A DNA stretch of 64,000 nt. Origin: Lingula anatina. Its lineage: Eukaryota > Animalia > Brachiopoda. Both the position numbers and the translations under genes were made by a program. Below, piece by piece: positions 24,957 through 39,200 of this stretch (its first letter is position 1; the number at the start of each line of letters is the position of its first letter). The notes under the pieces were generated by a model that was not told where the DNA came from, did not search any database, and was given only the letters and a program-made list of their open reading frames with translations. The stretch is from NCBI GenBank assembly GCA_051362555.1, contig CM120649.1, positions 3,224,001 to 3,288,000 on the forward strand. The letters are read 5' to 3'.

Positions 24957-27900
24957 GACACCGAAGGACATACATTTTTTATGGGTTATCAGTTCTGTGA
25001 TACAAAAACCTGTTTACCTGTAGCGCGCGTTGACTTCATAGCGACGGGCGTGCTGAATGCAATGTTATAATGTTCTTTGTGATTTTTGTTTGCATAGGCA
25101 CTCCGGTGGTGAGTCTACAACATTTGTTAGAAAAAAAAAATACTGGTTTAAATATCTGTTAACTCCAATCTTAACCGTTCGTTTTATGCCAAACAATATG
25201 ACATTATGTACATACAGCAAAGAGAAATATTTCGTAGCAAAATTTACCATAAATATTGTAATGTTTATTATGCCCCATTGTGACGAAAGTTATTTTTCAC
25301 CTCAAAAAGTCAGTTTGGCCAGAAAACAGAAAATTTCAAATGACAGGCTAAAATATTCCACAATGTAAACTGCGGGTCCAGATATTTCATAGATGAATAT
25401 TTTGAGTAGGTTCAAGATTTTTTATCAATATGTTGTTGAGATTTAAATATAACGGCTTATTTGAAGCATCAAAGAAAATAAACATTCTGCAAACATTTCG
25501 ATGGGACAGAAAAATAATGCGGACTCATAATTCTATTTTATTTTACTAAACATACGTTTGGCTTTGAAAGCACGTCTAATGTATAGAAAGCACATATTTC
25601 TACATACTTCGTAACATTCCACTTACATCTTATGTGAATTTTTGAGTGTTTGAGAAGGAAAAATGACGGTTACGTTATATACATCCTTGTGTACATACGG
25701 TCTAATTATAAAGGGTCGACAGCGTGGTTTTAATAGTAAATTAGTTTATTATCATATTAGTTAATCGGTAACTGATATATTTTTGTACACTGTTCATGAA
25801 GTCGGTATATTCTCTATGCTTTATGTGCCTTACAAATGTATACTAATCTCGCTGTTAAGGATTGCACGGCAGCCATCTGGATTTTAGTTCAGTTTCATTT
25901 GATCCTTGTGTGCAATGTTCTTTCGTATTGTTGCATTGTTGCTTCCTAACGCGCTATAGGTTTGTATTGTGTACGGGCGTAATATACTGTACCCCAAACA
26001 CATGCTTAAGCGTACAAACACACACTTACACACACACACGCGTACCCATGCGCTAAAACTTCCTACTTCTGTGATATCAATGAAATGCACGGGTTTTGTT
26101 CGCTAAAACCAAAGACGCTGCCATAATATTTCAAAGACTATTTCACAGATGAAGGTCAACAGAAATCATGCGTCTTTGATTGTTTTTTCGTGCGTTGTCT
26201 TATGGCCACCAGAATAACTGTAGTATTTTTGGCTGTGTTAAGTCCTTTTAATTTTGCTGTTGAACACAACCTTCAAAACTGGAGATGTTAGGTTAAATAG
26301 TTGCGGTAGCTATCATACTACCCAAAGGTACAACAAATCTTGGAAGTTGCATTGGAAGAATTTTAAATTTTACACACACTCAATTCAACTCGCTTGTTCC
26401 TTTCGTTTCTGTACATACACGTGTAGCTTAGGCAAACGGGTTCTTTCGTCTCAGATTTAACCTTATTCCAACATTTCGAAAACCGAGATCGTCTTCGCTG
26501 AAGGCTCTGTTACATGTATAGGCCCGGACCTTAAGGCTGTATTAGGCAATTGTCAATCCATATAACCCAGGGATCATCCGACTGTTTCGGTAGGTAATAT
26601 TTTACAAGACAGAGAAGCTACTTTATAAAGCGCATCTGTATTTGAAATAGTGTAGCGCTCAGATTACAGATTTTACTAAGAAGTACCTAAAGCGTCCCGG
26701 TAATTCAAATGATAATAGAAAACATATTTTTTGCTTATAAATTGATATAAAAATTTAATGTTCGTTCGGAAGATTTTGTCCAAGCACAATTTTAAACAAT
26801 TATTAATGACGGGTTTATAAAATTTAATATTTGGGAAACCTCTCATTCAGCACTAACCCCAATATTAACCGACCTTTGGAAAACGCAAAGGTCGTTTGTG
26901 TAGAATATCTGTGTATGTCTTTTATTATATCTGAAAATAATTGCTTAGTTTTATCCTTTTAATATGTATCTGCACTCGTTTTAAACGCATTTAACATTTA
27001 TGTATAGCTGTTATTTCAAAACGTTTGTATATATTGCAGAGATTATAAATGACAACAGTCTATCAGTTCGTTTTATACAGAACATACTTGAAACTTACAA
27101 CCATGTTTCAACATGTGTGTATAATTTTGATACACATTCAAAACTATTGTCAATAAACATGTATATCGGGTCTCAGAATTAATTTGTGTGCAAGATTATC
27201 CAAGAAATAAAGGCCAAGTCCACATTTGAGAAAATCAGTATTATGTTGTCACTTTCGTCTTTGCTACGTCACTTATAATACTTACAGTACAGGACGGTCA
27301 GGGAAGGGGGGGGGGGGCAGGGGTAGGGGGAGGTCACAGCCAAACTCTAGGACAGTGTAATAGTGAGTAGTCTTCACTACACTGGTGACTATGAGCAGTC
27401 TCCTGACGTCAGTGTGACTAAAGTCCCGAAGTCAAAAGCTTTCACAGGTATGCTTTCTAAATTTTTTGTGGAAGTGGAAAGTTTAAAAAAATCTTCTCAA
27501 CAATACAAGTTTAGTTCGAGCAAAATATACAGCAACAGTTGATACCAGCGTACACATGTTATAATAATATTAATAATGGATTATTTAGCCAACTGAATAT
27601 TGAGTGAAAGTTTTAGACATGCCACTTTTAAAGGGGGGGGGAGGCTGGTAGTGATTGGAAACGCAATGAAATCATTAAAATTTAAAAGAAACGCCTAAAC
27701 TCATGAATACGCAATATATTTATTACATCAAAGGGAATTTAACGTGACAGCATGAAAAATATTTGGTGAGAACACTTGTAGGCAATTTATTCAACAATCA
27801 CGCGAGAACGTGGCGTTTATGGAAACTGTCACGTGGTCAGGACGCGTCACGCGATGCCGGAAAACCAGTGAACAAGAAGCAAGGCGTTTTGATAAACGTT

Positions 27901-28309
27901 GTTTACATATGTGATCACCATGCTGGTTTATAACGCCTGTAGGCGTTAGTGTTTGATATAAATCAAACTGCTCTAAGCAACTTTTCCTCAAACTGATGTC
28001 ATATTTTATAGCATTCAACGAATGTAGCGCTCGAATGTTTTTGAATCTGGGAACTGATATGCGGACATAGAATCTCATTTTGTTTAAGTCCCACGTGTTA
28101 TCGTAAAAATTAGTTTTACAAATAGTAAAATATTTATTTGTTATCATAGGTAAATGCAATTCAAGATTTAAAAAGCACAAGTGTCATTCTTCACGATTCA
28201 CTGAGAAATAATGTCTATTCACAGATGAATTACAGGATGAGGAAAGCAAATTCAGACGCACCAAAAAGATTCGAACTTGTTGAACATAGGCTGCGTGAAG
28301 CCGGGCATA

Positions 28310-28433
28310 TTAGTTGGGTGTTTATATTCATTTGGTTGGTTAGAAGCATTTCTGGCGAATCCCTAATATGCAAAAACAACTAGCAGGGTTTACAACGCCC
28401 CGAGACACAATTTAATTGCTGCGACCTGGAGGC
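28310..28433 (+). repeat. Dispersed repeat, copy a
   Basis: agttgggtgtttatattcatttggttggtta...gcgaatccctaatatgcaa...cgagacacaatttaattgctgcgacctggaggc is collinear with 32556-32681. Confidence 0.75.
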
Positions 28434-28495
28434 GGCTTAGAGGCTTGAAAGCGGGGAGACCTGAGACTGATCATCTCTCTCTCTCATTCTCTCTC

Positions 28496-28539
<44 letters not shown>

Positions 28540-29156
28540 CACCACCACCAACAGTGATTTAAGTTGTATAATGCTATTATTATTCAACCACTTAATTTTT
28601 TCTTGGTTAAGATTTAAGTAACAGTCTTAACAAAGGGCAGTTTTCACCCTCGTGTTCCCCCTTTCTCTCCCTCTCTCCCTGTCTATATGTATTTTAACTA
28701 CGGTAATGATGCAGGTTTTAAACACTTTAACACTCTAAATCTTTATATTTTTATTGCTGTGTACTCATGAGAAAACCCTTTCCCACAAACGCAGCCAACT
28801 AACTTTCTAAAAAACTCTTTAAACAACATTTTAAAAGACCACTAACAATATCCCACAGCGGAAATGCATCAATTCTTTTCGGTCGCATTCACTGAACATT
28901 TACCGTCCTCACCAATCGCTGCCGTCACCGCTCATATCACAACGTGGCCATGCTTCCGCTCACGAGCTGACGCATCCGAAGTCTCTCCATCGGTATTTCC
29001 CTTACGCTTTTCTTACGGTTTCTGAGCTTATAATGAGAAGAACTTATCAAGATTTAACTGCCTTAATATGACACCCAGACGCAGGCCAAGCTGTTATTTT
29101 CTTACGCGGCTTAATGAGTGTACAGACCGGGAATTGACTGTTGTGACGAGCTTGCT

Positions 29157-32100
29157 ATGTGTTCAGGAGTATGTCACGGGCTGAGACTTGCTGTTATATC
29201 TCTTTTTTGCGTCTCAAGCGTCACCTCAAGTAAGTGCGTGTTTGTTTTATACCTCGTTCGGTTGAACACAAGGGATGCTATAGGGATAGTCATTTTAAGA
29301 ACGTAGATTTAATGGGGTGGGTGGGAAGGTGTGTCCCTTGGTTCAACAGTGCATTTTTTTCAATAGAGAAATGCATGAATTAGGTAATCTAACTCGTATT
29401 ACTTGTTGAATTATTTATGCATTCATTTCCTGTGCCAGGACAATAGCAATGTAGGTTGTTTCTCTCTGTTGTTCATAAAAGTCGTTTTAAGTTTATTCCC
29501 TCGTTCCTATTGACGCTTTCACATATAAGATGATAAGACACAGGCAGGTAGGAACCAAATTTTAAGTAACTTCAGTTTACGGGAAGGTTTTCTTTCAAGC
29601 CGCTACCTAAACAACTTTAAGACACAGGCCCCGTAGAAAACTTTTAAGTTACTTGAATTCACCGGAAAGCTATTCTTTTAAGCCGCCTTCTCCCGCTTCC
29701 CGCAATTGCTACTGATATGGTTGAAAAATTATATATAAATAATGGAGGGGGGGCAGGGGGGGGGGGGGAGAGGGGGGGGGGGGCAAACTATCTGTCCTTG
29801 TGAGACAACCAGATATTTTGATATCGGGGAAATTCATTAACTGGTGGTCATTTTTCCAACACAAACATTTTACCCATATTCACATCACCACGATGAGACA
29901 TCTCCTATTGTCGTTTAATGGGCCATTTTCAGAGATAAAAAAGTCCACGACAATAAAAGCTATGTATTCTGTTGATGGCTGGGGGCGAGAACTGAGATAC
30001 GTGAACAGTATTTCACACTGTGGCCATGGCCTACTCAGTTGTTTACGCATTTATTCTTTCATATACACCTGTATATTTTAGCTGGGTGTCTTAATCTGTT
30101 GCTTGTTTTTTTTTTGTGAACATTTGTGTTTTTACATGTATGTATGGCTTTTAACTGTAAAATTATAAAATTAACCTTAAAATTATAAAATTAACTGTAA
30201 AATTATAAAATTAACTGTACAATTATATTCAACACGCTGTATCCCCGGTTTGGCAGAAATTGTACTACGCTATTGCCATGCTTTTTGAAATGCCCTCATC
30301 CGGTATTAATTAATTAGAATAATTTTAACCAATGGGACTTTATAATTGAGGAGAAAAATACCCCCTTAAATTCATCTGAATACAGTTTTTATTCTAATAA
30401 TTTTGTTATCAAATAAAGAATATGAAGCCATCTATGTTGTAAATGTTTTTGGGGTTTTATAAATACAGTTTCTGGCTTTATGTAAATGTTAGCATTTTAC
30501 AATAAATGTCCGTTCGGAAATGATTCTTTGCATGACGCACCAGTATGTACTAAACTCTATGATTGGGATTAATGAATATAGACAGAAAAACTACATACAA
30601 TGTACAAGCGGAAAAACAAAATATATCTTTTCTTCTAGAAAAATTCATAGTGGTATTGTTTTCAGAAGTAATAGTAAATCTGGTGTTTGAATGTACGAGA
30701 ACACTAATTTTTTTCAACTTTATTCACTCAGCGAAAAAAGAAAATATATACATATAAAATGAAATAGTTAAATAAATAATAAAAAATTAAATGCATATAA
30801 TTATAAAAAAATTAGACCATGAAATATGTCTTCACGTACATTAAGGAGAATAATCGGAAATATATAGGAATGAATAATGTTGCTCACGTACTTGGGTGCA
30901 TTTTTGACCGGTGCCAGGAACCTGGGAGGAGCTTTTCAGACAATTTCTGGTTCCTTTTGGTTTGTCCAAAAATTCAACCCACTATCATCGTGCTTCACGC
31001 TTACCCGGACCTGCATGGCTCTGGAATGAACGTCTAACCTGAATCAGGCAGATTTGAGGTACAAATAAAATTGAACGATTCGTTCTTCTGTCTTGTTGCT
31101 TTAGGGTGACAGTCAGGCCTATTTTCGATCTAATGAGGCATTGTCCGAACTCAGAGTTTGAAGTGAACAGGAAGTGGCAGCTTATATACCAGTAGGAGGA
31201 GACCGTTGTTAAGTTGGCCCTACTGTTTATGTTGTTTTAGTTAATGAGATCACCCCACGTTTTTCACTACACATTACGTGTATTCGAGACGTCTTCTTAC
31301 AAATGCGATGAGTGGTAGACGTCCGCATCTTGTGTGGGTTCCTGGCAAATACTGAGGACAAAGAAACTTGTATGATAACTTTTAACCCAGCATTACCAAT
31401 GCCAATTTTTATAAAATATATTAAAATGTATATCGACAAATAAGCAGACTTTTAATTAAGTAAATAGGACATGAGAAAGCGAATGTACATGTGAATGATT
31501 TACTAAAAGGTCATATTGCTGTAAAAGCCAATGCTTTACAATCATATACCTAAACTGAAATTTTTAAATGTAAATGTGAATTAGGTAAGAAGTGCAAGAA
31601 ATATAATTTCAATATTCCCAAAATAAACAGAAGTAAATATATAGATGATAAAAAATAATGCATGGATGAATGGTTGCTCAGTCATACATGTATTTTCATA
31701 GTAGTAAATAAATAATCATAAAATAGACATTGACTGGATAAAAAATATTTCTTCCAAAAGAGTTTATAGTACGAATAAAAAATAGATACAATTATCCTGA
31801 AAAGAAAGAAAAAAGCAAAATAATCGATTCCATCATTTTGAAACCAAATATATCGAAAATGGTTATTATGTTTTCCAGTCACACACGGTCAGAATCTGAT
31901 CTGGGCTCAGCGCAGTCCGTCAGGTGTCGCTCGTATCGTCGGTATCCCTGGTGACCCGGCAGACTGGGTGGAAAGCAAGAAAGCCTCAACTCGCTACATC
32001 ACCGCCCCGAACAAAGACTGGCACTTCGTCGCCCTGGCTCACGACTATCGACAGAAAATCCTCTACTGGAGCGATCGGGGGAACAAGAAGCTTCAAGGAT

Positions 32101-33245
32101 TACGGCTTAACGGGTCGACGCACGCTTTCACGATTTTTGGCGGGATTTCCAGTCGCGTGGAGGGTCTTGCCGTGGACTGGGTGGCGGGGAATATCTACTG
32201 GGTGGACGCCGTGTATAATTGGTTAGTTGTGGCACCGGCCACGGAGCAGACTGGAGCGTACAGGGTGCTCTTTGATGACCTGGATACCCCCATGGGGGTC
32301 GCTGTTCACCCACACGAGGGGTAAGAGTATCTTTTGTGTTTGTTTGTCTGTGAGCGCATACAGAACAGCGGACTAACTGATCCGAGGATCAAATATGGCA
32401 ACCCTCTAAAAGCTTCCCGGTTAATTCCAGATTAGACACTGAATAGATTCTTTGTGGGGATCACGCAACGGACATTCAAGTGGGACGGCCATGTTTAATC
32501 CGCGGATCTGTTAGTCCGCTGTTCTAAATGCGCTCTGCGTGTCTGTCCCTATACTCAGTTGGCTGTTTATAATCACTTTGGTTGGTTATATCCATTTGCA
32601 GCGAATCCAAAATATGCAAGAACCAACATCGCGAGGTTTGAATCGCCTCGAGAAACAGTTTAATTGTTACGGCCCAGAGGCTTGGCAAAGAGGAAAACAT
32701 GGACGGATTGTTTTATAAACTGTCTCTTCTCCAGTTTGTCCTCCTTCTTTTCCCAGTCTTTGGCCACTTTTTCTTAGAGCGCAAACTAAAATTTTTAATA
32801 TTTTAAAGATAATTACCCTTAAAATTTATCGTTTATATAAGTTTTGTTCTCATATCAATTACTGGTAATTATGAATTATTTTAACAACAGGCATTTGTTC
32901 TGGAGCGACAGAGGAGCAGCTCCCAGAATCGAGAAATCCACGCTTTCGGGAGAAAATCGCGAGATTCTCGTCAATTCGGGACTTGTATCTCCGGGCGCCA
33001 TGGTGATAGACATGTCACGTGATCTCTTGTACTGGGCGGATAACGCAAAAGATACATTAGAGTCTGTGGATTTACTTGGACGGCATAGGAAGGTGATACA
33101 GACGGCCCCGGGGACCGATTTTTACGGCCTGGCGCTATACAAGGTAGCCTCACCGCTTGTTTTCTTTTCTTATGTCTATTTGTCAACTGTGAACTTAAAT
33201 AAGTTATTTGTATTGAAGACATCCTCCTCTCTCTGTCTCTCTCAC

Positions 33246-33299
<54 letters not shown>

Positions 33300-36200
33300 G
33301 CGCGTGTTAATTGTGAGTTGTTTCTTGGCGATTTTCATTTAGCTTTGTGAAAGTTAAATGATACTGTTTTACTATTAGAAAAGCGGAAATACTGGGGTTA
33401 CCAGAGTCCCAAAGCGTTATGTTTATAGAAGGACCACGAGTAACTCTTTGCCAACATTATTCATACGAGAATTTAGTGGGGCTCTTTGTATTTTGTAGAG
33501 TGAAGCATTCTACCGGAAAAGACAATTCAACACAAAAAGAAACTCTAAGATATTGTGATGGCAAAATAAGACCTGGGTGTAGTCAACTCAATATCACAAT
33601 TCAAAAGCTAGCGCCCAACAAACCACCAATTTCAAAAATTTAATTATATTAAGTTTGTCAGGCAAACTAAACTCTCACAGGCGTTGGGCGCACATCCAAG
33701 GGCGTTCAACTTTATACTACAAACTATGGAAGCGGTTATATGGAAGGCGAAAAACTTAAACTTAATGTTCAAATATAACTGAAAAGCCTTATCTTTAAAA
33801 TTACTTTGTTTCCAAAGTGTTTTTATTTAACAAACATAGTTTTTCTGAGTGGTTTATACAGCTTTATCTGATTGTGCTTTTTTCTCTTACCTGTATTTCG
33901 TAGATAAAAACAATAACAACAAAAAATGAAAATATTAATAATGATGATAATGATGACATTCTTCAGCAGTTCTGTTCCAGTATTTTTGACTACTTTTTTT
34001 GTAAAACAGGATCTCATCTTTGTGACGGAACAAAGCATAAAACAGCTTAGGATATATGGTGAAAAGGAACAGAAAAATATACTTAACTTCAACCTTCCCG
34101 CGGTACCCTATGGAATTATCATGTACGACGACAGCGTGCAACCAAATGGTTCTGGTAAGCACCATGTATTTTTATTTTATACTATTGTTCACTATGTACC
34201 TATATACGTAGAACTTTCAGAATGTTCTAACAGTCATAGACCTTTATATTAAAAGGACAAAAACAAAGAAGAAATGTTGGAAGAAATGAATTGTCTTGAC
34301 ATTTATTTTCCAGTTCCCTGTGATGTCATGGACTGCCAGGATCTATGTGTGAGCACTGGGCGGGGAGGGGCAAAGTGCATGTGTACCAATGGCTTTGTCC
34401 TTGACACAGATGGAAGGTCATGCAAAGGCAAGGCTTGTGATTTTGATAAGTAGAAAGTAGTGATAATTCTTCGTAAAGATGTATTGTAAATATATGAATA
34501 CAGCAGTACAGATCTATCAATAAAGAATATTTTGAACAGTTGCATTGGTTGCATTGTGTGAATGTTTTAATCATTTGAATGAGCTATGTTCAAAATATTA
34601 ACACAAATAATAACGAGGAATTAGCCCACAAAGATGCCCAATTTTAAAACATCCAAACGTTTTGACTACAAATCCAGTCATGTTCTTTGCCGTCGTGTTC
34701 CATTTCCAGCAGACGACGGTAAATTTGGCGCCCCACAGCTCATCTACTCCATAGGTGGCGCTATCTGCCGGTTCCAAGCCAATCTCCCCGACATGAGCAT
34801 GACCAACATTAGTCTAGATGACCAGTGCTTTCTGAAGAATCGAAAGAACGTTGTATCTCTATCATGTAACGTGTACGAGGAGGCGATTTATTTCGCTGAG
34901 AACGTGACAAGGACCATTTCCAAGGTGCGATTGTCGCATGGAGAAGCGCCACAGGTGATAGCTGGAGGACTGGGGCACGTGGAAGGTGAGGAGCAATTAC
35001 ACAGGAAGCCTCGTTTCAGTTATATTTCTTTAATAGCAAAAGTTGCGAGTTCAAGGCATATAGCAACGTAAATTTCAAGAAAAACTAATTTTACACATGT
35101 ATTTCATCTGTGTATTTGTAGATTGTAGGCCTACGCAACAAGCTGGGAAAATGTATTGAAAGCAAAGCAATTTATCATATCATAAACTGTTTTTTTTAAA
35201 CAAAGTTTGAAAAAAAAGTTATTTATTTATTTATTTATTCAATAAAAATAGGGCTAGCCGTAGATTGGCTGGGCAACAACATCTACTGGACGGACTCTGA
35301 GATGCGCCATATTGCAGTGTCCACCCTAGCTGGCCGGTATCAGCACATTCTAATACAAGATGACCTGGAACACCCCAGGGCAATAGCCGTGGACGCCGTT
35401 AGAAGGTGAAGGTCATTATTTGATATACAGGAAATGGACATATTGTAGGCTATACCCACTACCAGGGCCGTAGATTAGTTTTCTGCACTTTTCTTTACTA
35501 AGAGAGTCGTGTCTTGAATTAGCCAGATACCTATCTGTGAAAATCTATCTGTGACCATGGTACTCGTAGAAGGTAGACATATTGCTGGTTTAGACTGCCA
35601 GTGGGGTCTATATAGAAATTTTATGAACGCAGTACTTGCAAACAGTACTGTGTATGTTTCTTTATTTAGATGTGCAGATTATTAAGAGACAGGTACCCAA
35701 CTTTGAGCAAAAGCTGATTTACGGATGTCTGCCTGTTCTATGGACTAAAATGTGTGTTTTTTCTAAAGTTAAAATAGACCGACGCCGATGCCATTTTTAA
35801 AACATTGAACGTTGTTGCATGTACTAATCACTGTTAGCGTGGCAGTTGTCATTAACACACGGTGACCTACCGGTACATTCCAGGAAACTTTACTGGAGTG
35901 ACATAGGCTCCAAGCCCAGTATCCAGGTCGCTAATATGGACGGAGGAGGCCGAGCCACGCTGATAGAGACCTCCCTAGGGTCCCCCAATGATATCACAGT
36001 GGACATGGTGTCCAAAAGGTGAACAGGGCATGGTTTGCTATTTATTGATTTGCGTGTATGCATGTGCCATATGCATTTGTGTGTACCAATATGCGTACAT
36101 GTGTGTGTGTGTGTGTGTGTGCACATCAGCGTATGTGTGTGATATATGTGTATGTGTGTATGCGCATATGTGTACCATATATGTATGTGCGTGTATATGT

Positions 36201-39200
36201 GTTTATTTCTTCAATCTAATGAAACAATCAAGGTACCTGGTGAAATGTAATGGAATTACCACTGGTGTGACGCAGTGGCTGTCGTATATTTTTTCTTTTC
36301 AATAATCTAAGTCCTTTGCAGAGGTTCCAAAGCCTACTCCATGTAGTAATTTTACCGGGTATCATTTGTTAAAATACACGGTGGTTTTAAATTCTACCGT
36401 CGCTTTATTACTACATCTGCGTTACTAGAACACAGCAGTGAATTATTATTATTATTATTATTATTATTATTTATTCATTTATTTGTTTAATTATGATATG
36501 TTCTTCATCAGACTGTACTGGACAGACAGCGTGCTCCGGAGAATAGAGTCCGTGGATCTCCGAGGCAGAGACAGGAAGACGCTGGTGGTCACCGGGGATT
36601 CTGAGTTCAGGGGACTGGTCACCTTTAAGGTGAGGGACAATTGTGGATATTTTATTTCTCTTATATTTAATTAAAACTGTAATTTTATTTCCGACAGCCT
36701 TTCTTTTTTTCTAACAAATACAAAATGTAGACACGATCAGTTATGCATGCATTTTCTTTAAAAGATAACTACATGTAGATTTCAGGACCGCTGTGTCGGA
36801 AATTAGATAATGAAATTCAATTAACAAAATTTAGAATGAATGAACAGGCGTTTGAAAAATGAAAACATGAAAAAAGCTTACTTGTCAAAATTAGTAAAAA
36901 ACTTTATTATATTTCTCAATAAATAAATACCATCCTAATCATTCTGCGATATTCCAGGACTACTTGCTGTGGACCGACCAGGGTACCCGGAATGGGCTTC
37001 ATATCGCTATGAAGGATACAGGTCAGAAGGTCCGCGGCGTCGTCCATCCTAATACCGGCACGGCGTATGACATACTGGCTTATGATTACCAGCACCAGCC
37101 AACAGTGGAAGGTGATAATACAGGGTTGCTCAAAATGGTTGTCACACCCACGAATATCTGGTTTTTAAAAAAATTGTAGATTTTTAAGCTCTACGTGCGT
37201 TGATATTTGGTGTGGCAACCATTAAATGAGCAACAGCAAGTTTCTGATTGATGATATAATATTGCATTGCGAATAAACAGGGGTCAGGTATTTATCTTTG
37301 TTTGTTTTTCTTACGATATTTAAAAAAAAAAAATCTTTACGTTCTTTTTGTCTGGCTGTATGGTTAGGGTCGATGGGCATTCCTTTTCTTGAACCTCCAG
37401 CAAACAATGCATATTTGAGAACATACACACTACTATTCCAGTATCTAATTTTTCAGGTGCGTGCGATGATGAAAATGGCGGCTGCGATCACTTATGTCTT
37501 CTTAACCAGGAAGGACGGTCTTGCGCGTGCGCAATAGGTTATTCGCTTGCCTCTGATGGCAAGAGGTGTCTGTCAGGTAAAAGAGACAAACGCATTCTTT
37601 TAAATGTGAAAATATTTGTATATGTTTTCAGAAAGGTTAGGCGTGTTTTTTAAAAATAATTTTAAATGCTTTTATGTGCCATCAGCACTTAATAAGTGAT
37701 ACACACAATTCATATTCTGTTTTCTCTTTTCGTTTTTCTAGAAACGGTCAAAGACGACTTCCTCATATTCACAGATACTTATCAAAAGCAGATTTTCCAA
37801 ATGTCTCTTAAAGACAGCGAAATCAGGGCGGTCCCACTGAAAGGTAAAAAATAAGTCCTTGCATGAGTGTATCGAATCTTAACTAATGCGGGTGCAGAGT
37901 TTTGCTTAAGGGGGTAGGTGCACAGTAATATTTTATTTATTTACCGATCAATCAGTTCGTTTCACTGATAACTGATTTATTTAATTCAAATACATCTATG
38001 CACATCGTCATATTTAAACTATTTTCCCAACAGGACACGAGAACCCGATAGCGGTGGACTACGACCCCAAGGAGGGGCGTGTCTACTGGTCGGACGTGTT
38101 AATGCAGGTGATTAAGAGGGCCTACATTAACGGCACGGGGCAGGAGATCATCAAAGTACTGCCAGACGGTGAGCAGAGGATATGTTGTGATTGTGCATTT
38201 CAGTGGTAGATTTCAGTATAAATTTCAGAGATTATTTATGATGGGTATTGCTCAGGGGAATATGCTTGTTAAGTCCACAGACATTTGGCAAACTATATAG
38301 ATATAAGTGTAAGAGAATCACCAATTATTAGGATTCCCATACATGATTATGACAAAAATGTTCTTAACATTCCATTTAAGCAAATTATATTAAATGAATA
38401 AATACACTCGAATGCTTTGTTGCAATGCTCGTTATATTTTCCAATTGCAAGACAGCTTCATAATAATTTGGATGAAAATTTCCCAGTATAAGTTTCAATT
38501 GACGGAACTGCCCAGAATATATTTGTATCTTGCACACCTGCATAACATTAAATATTCATACTCTCTACTGTACCTGTAAGTCCTTAGAGCTCTTTTAGTA
38601 GTTACAAAATCTTCTGAAGTACAATAGTAAAGAGTATAGTTTGAAAATGTTTTTCCGTTTCAGCGTCTGTTGTTGACGGCGTGGCCGTGGATCCCTTGTC
38701 ACGTCTGCTGTATTACACCGACACGGGTCGTAATGTGATAGGAGTCATGTCCATGGACGGCAGATATAGTAAGATATTGATCAATGAGAGCTTGGATGAA
38801 CCGCGTTCTATTGCTCTGGATCCAATGCACGGGTGAGTTCCATCCCCCCCTCCCTCTTCAAAACTCGTTTCATAATGGGACATGTTTGTTTACTGTTTTG
38901 TCTGTGTATTTATTTCCGCTTTTTATATAAAATATGATACATGTAACACATTATATCAATAGCCTATGATAAATTACCTGGCAAATGAAATTTTCTTATT
39001 TAAGAAAATCACTGAGCACTCTGGGGTCCAAAAGAAGCCGGTTGGTTTTTTATTCTAGAATACAACGTGTAGGCTACTTTCAATGTATGTCTTTCTGAGA
39101 AGGATTTCTAAGATGAATGTTGAAGAAATTCAATGAAAATGAACATCGCAAACATTTACGTGTTATTTTTTCTCGATAGACACATGTATTGGACGGACTG

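Noticed and set aside
35988-36305. Cys/Val/Tyr-rich ORF and similar ORFs at 3856-4221, 9571-9767 and 32971-33297
   Set aside because: Translations of (TG)n, (TA)n, (CT)n and (TAAA)n microsatellites.
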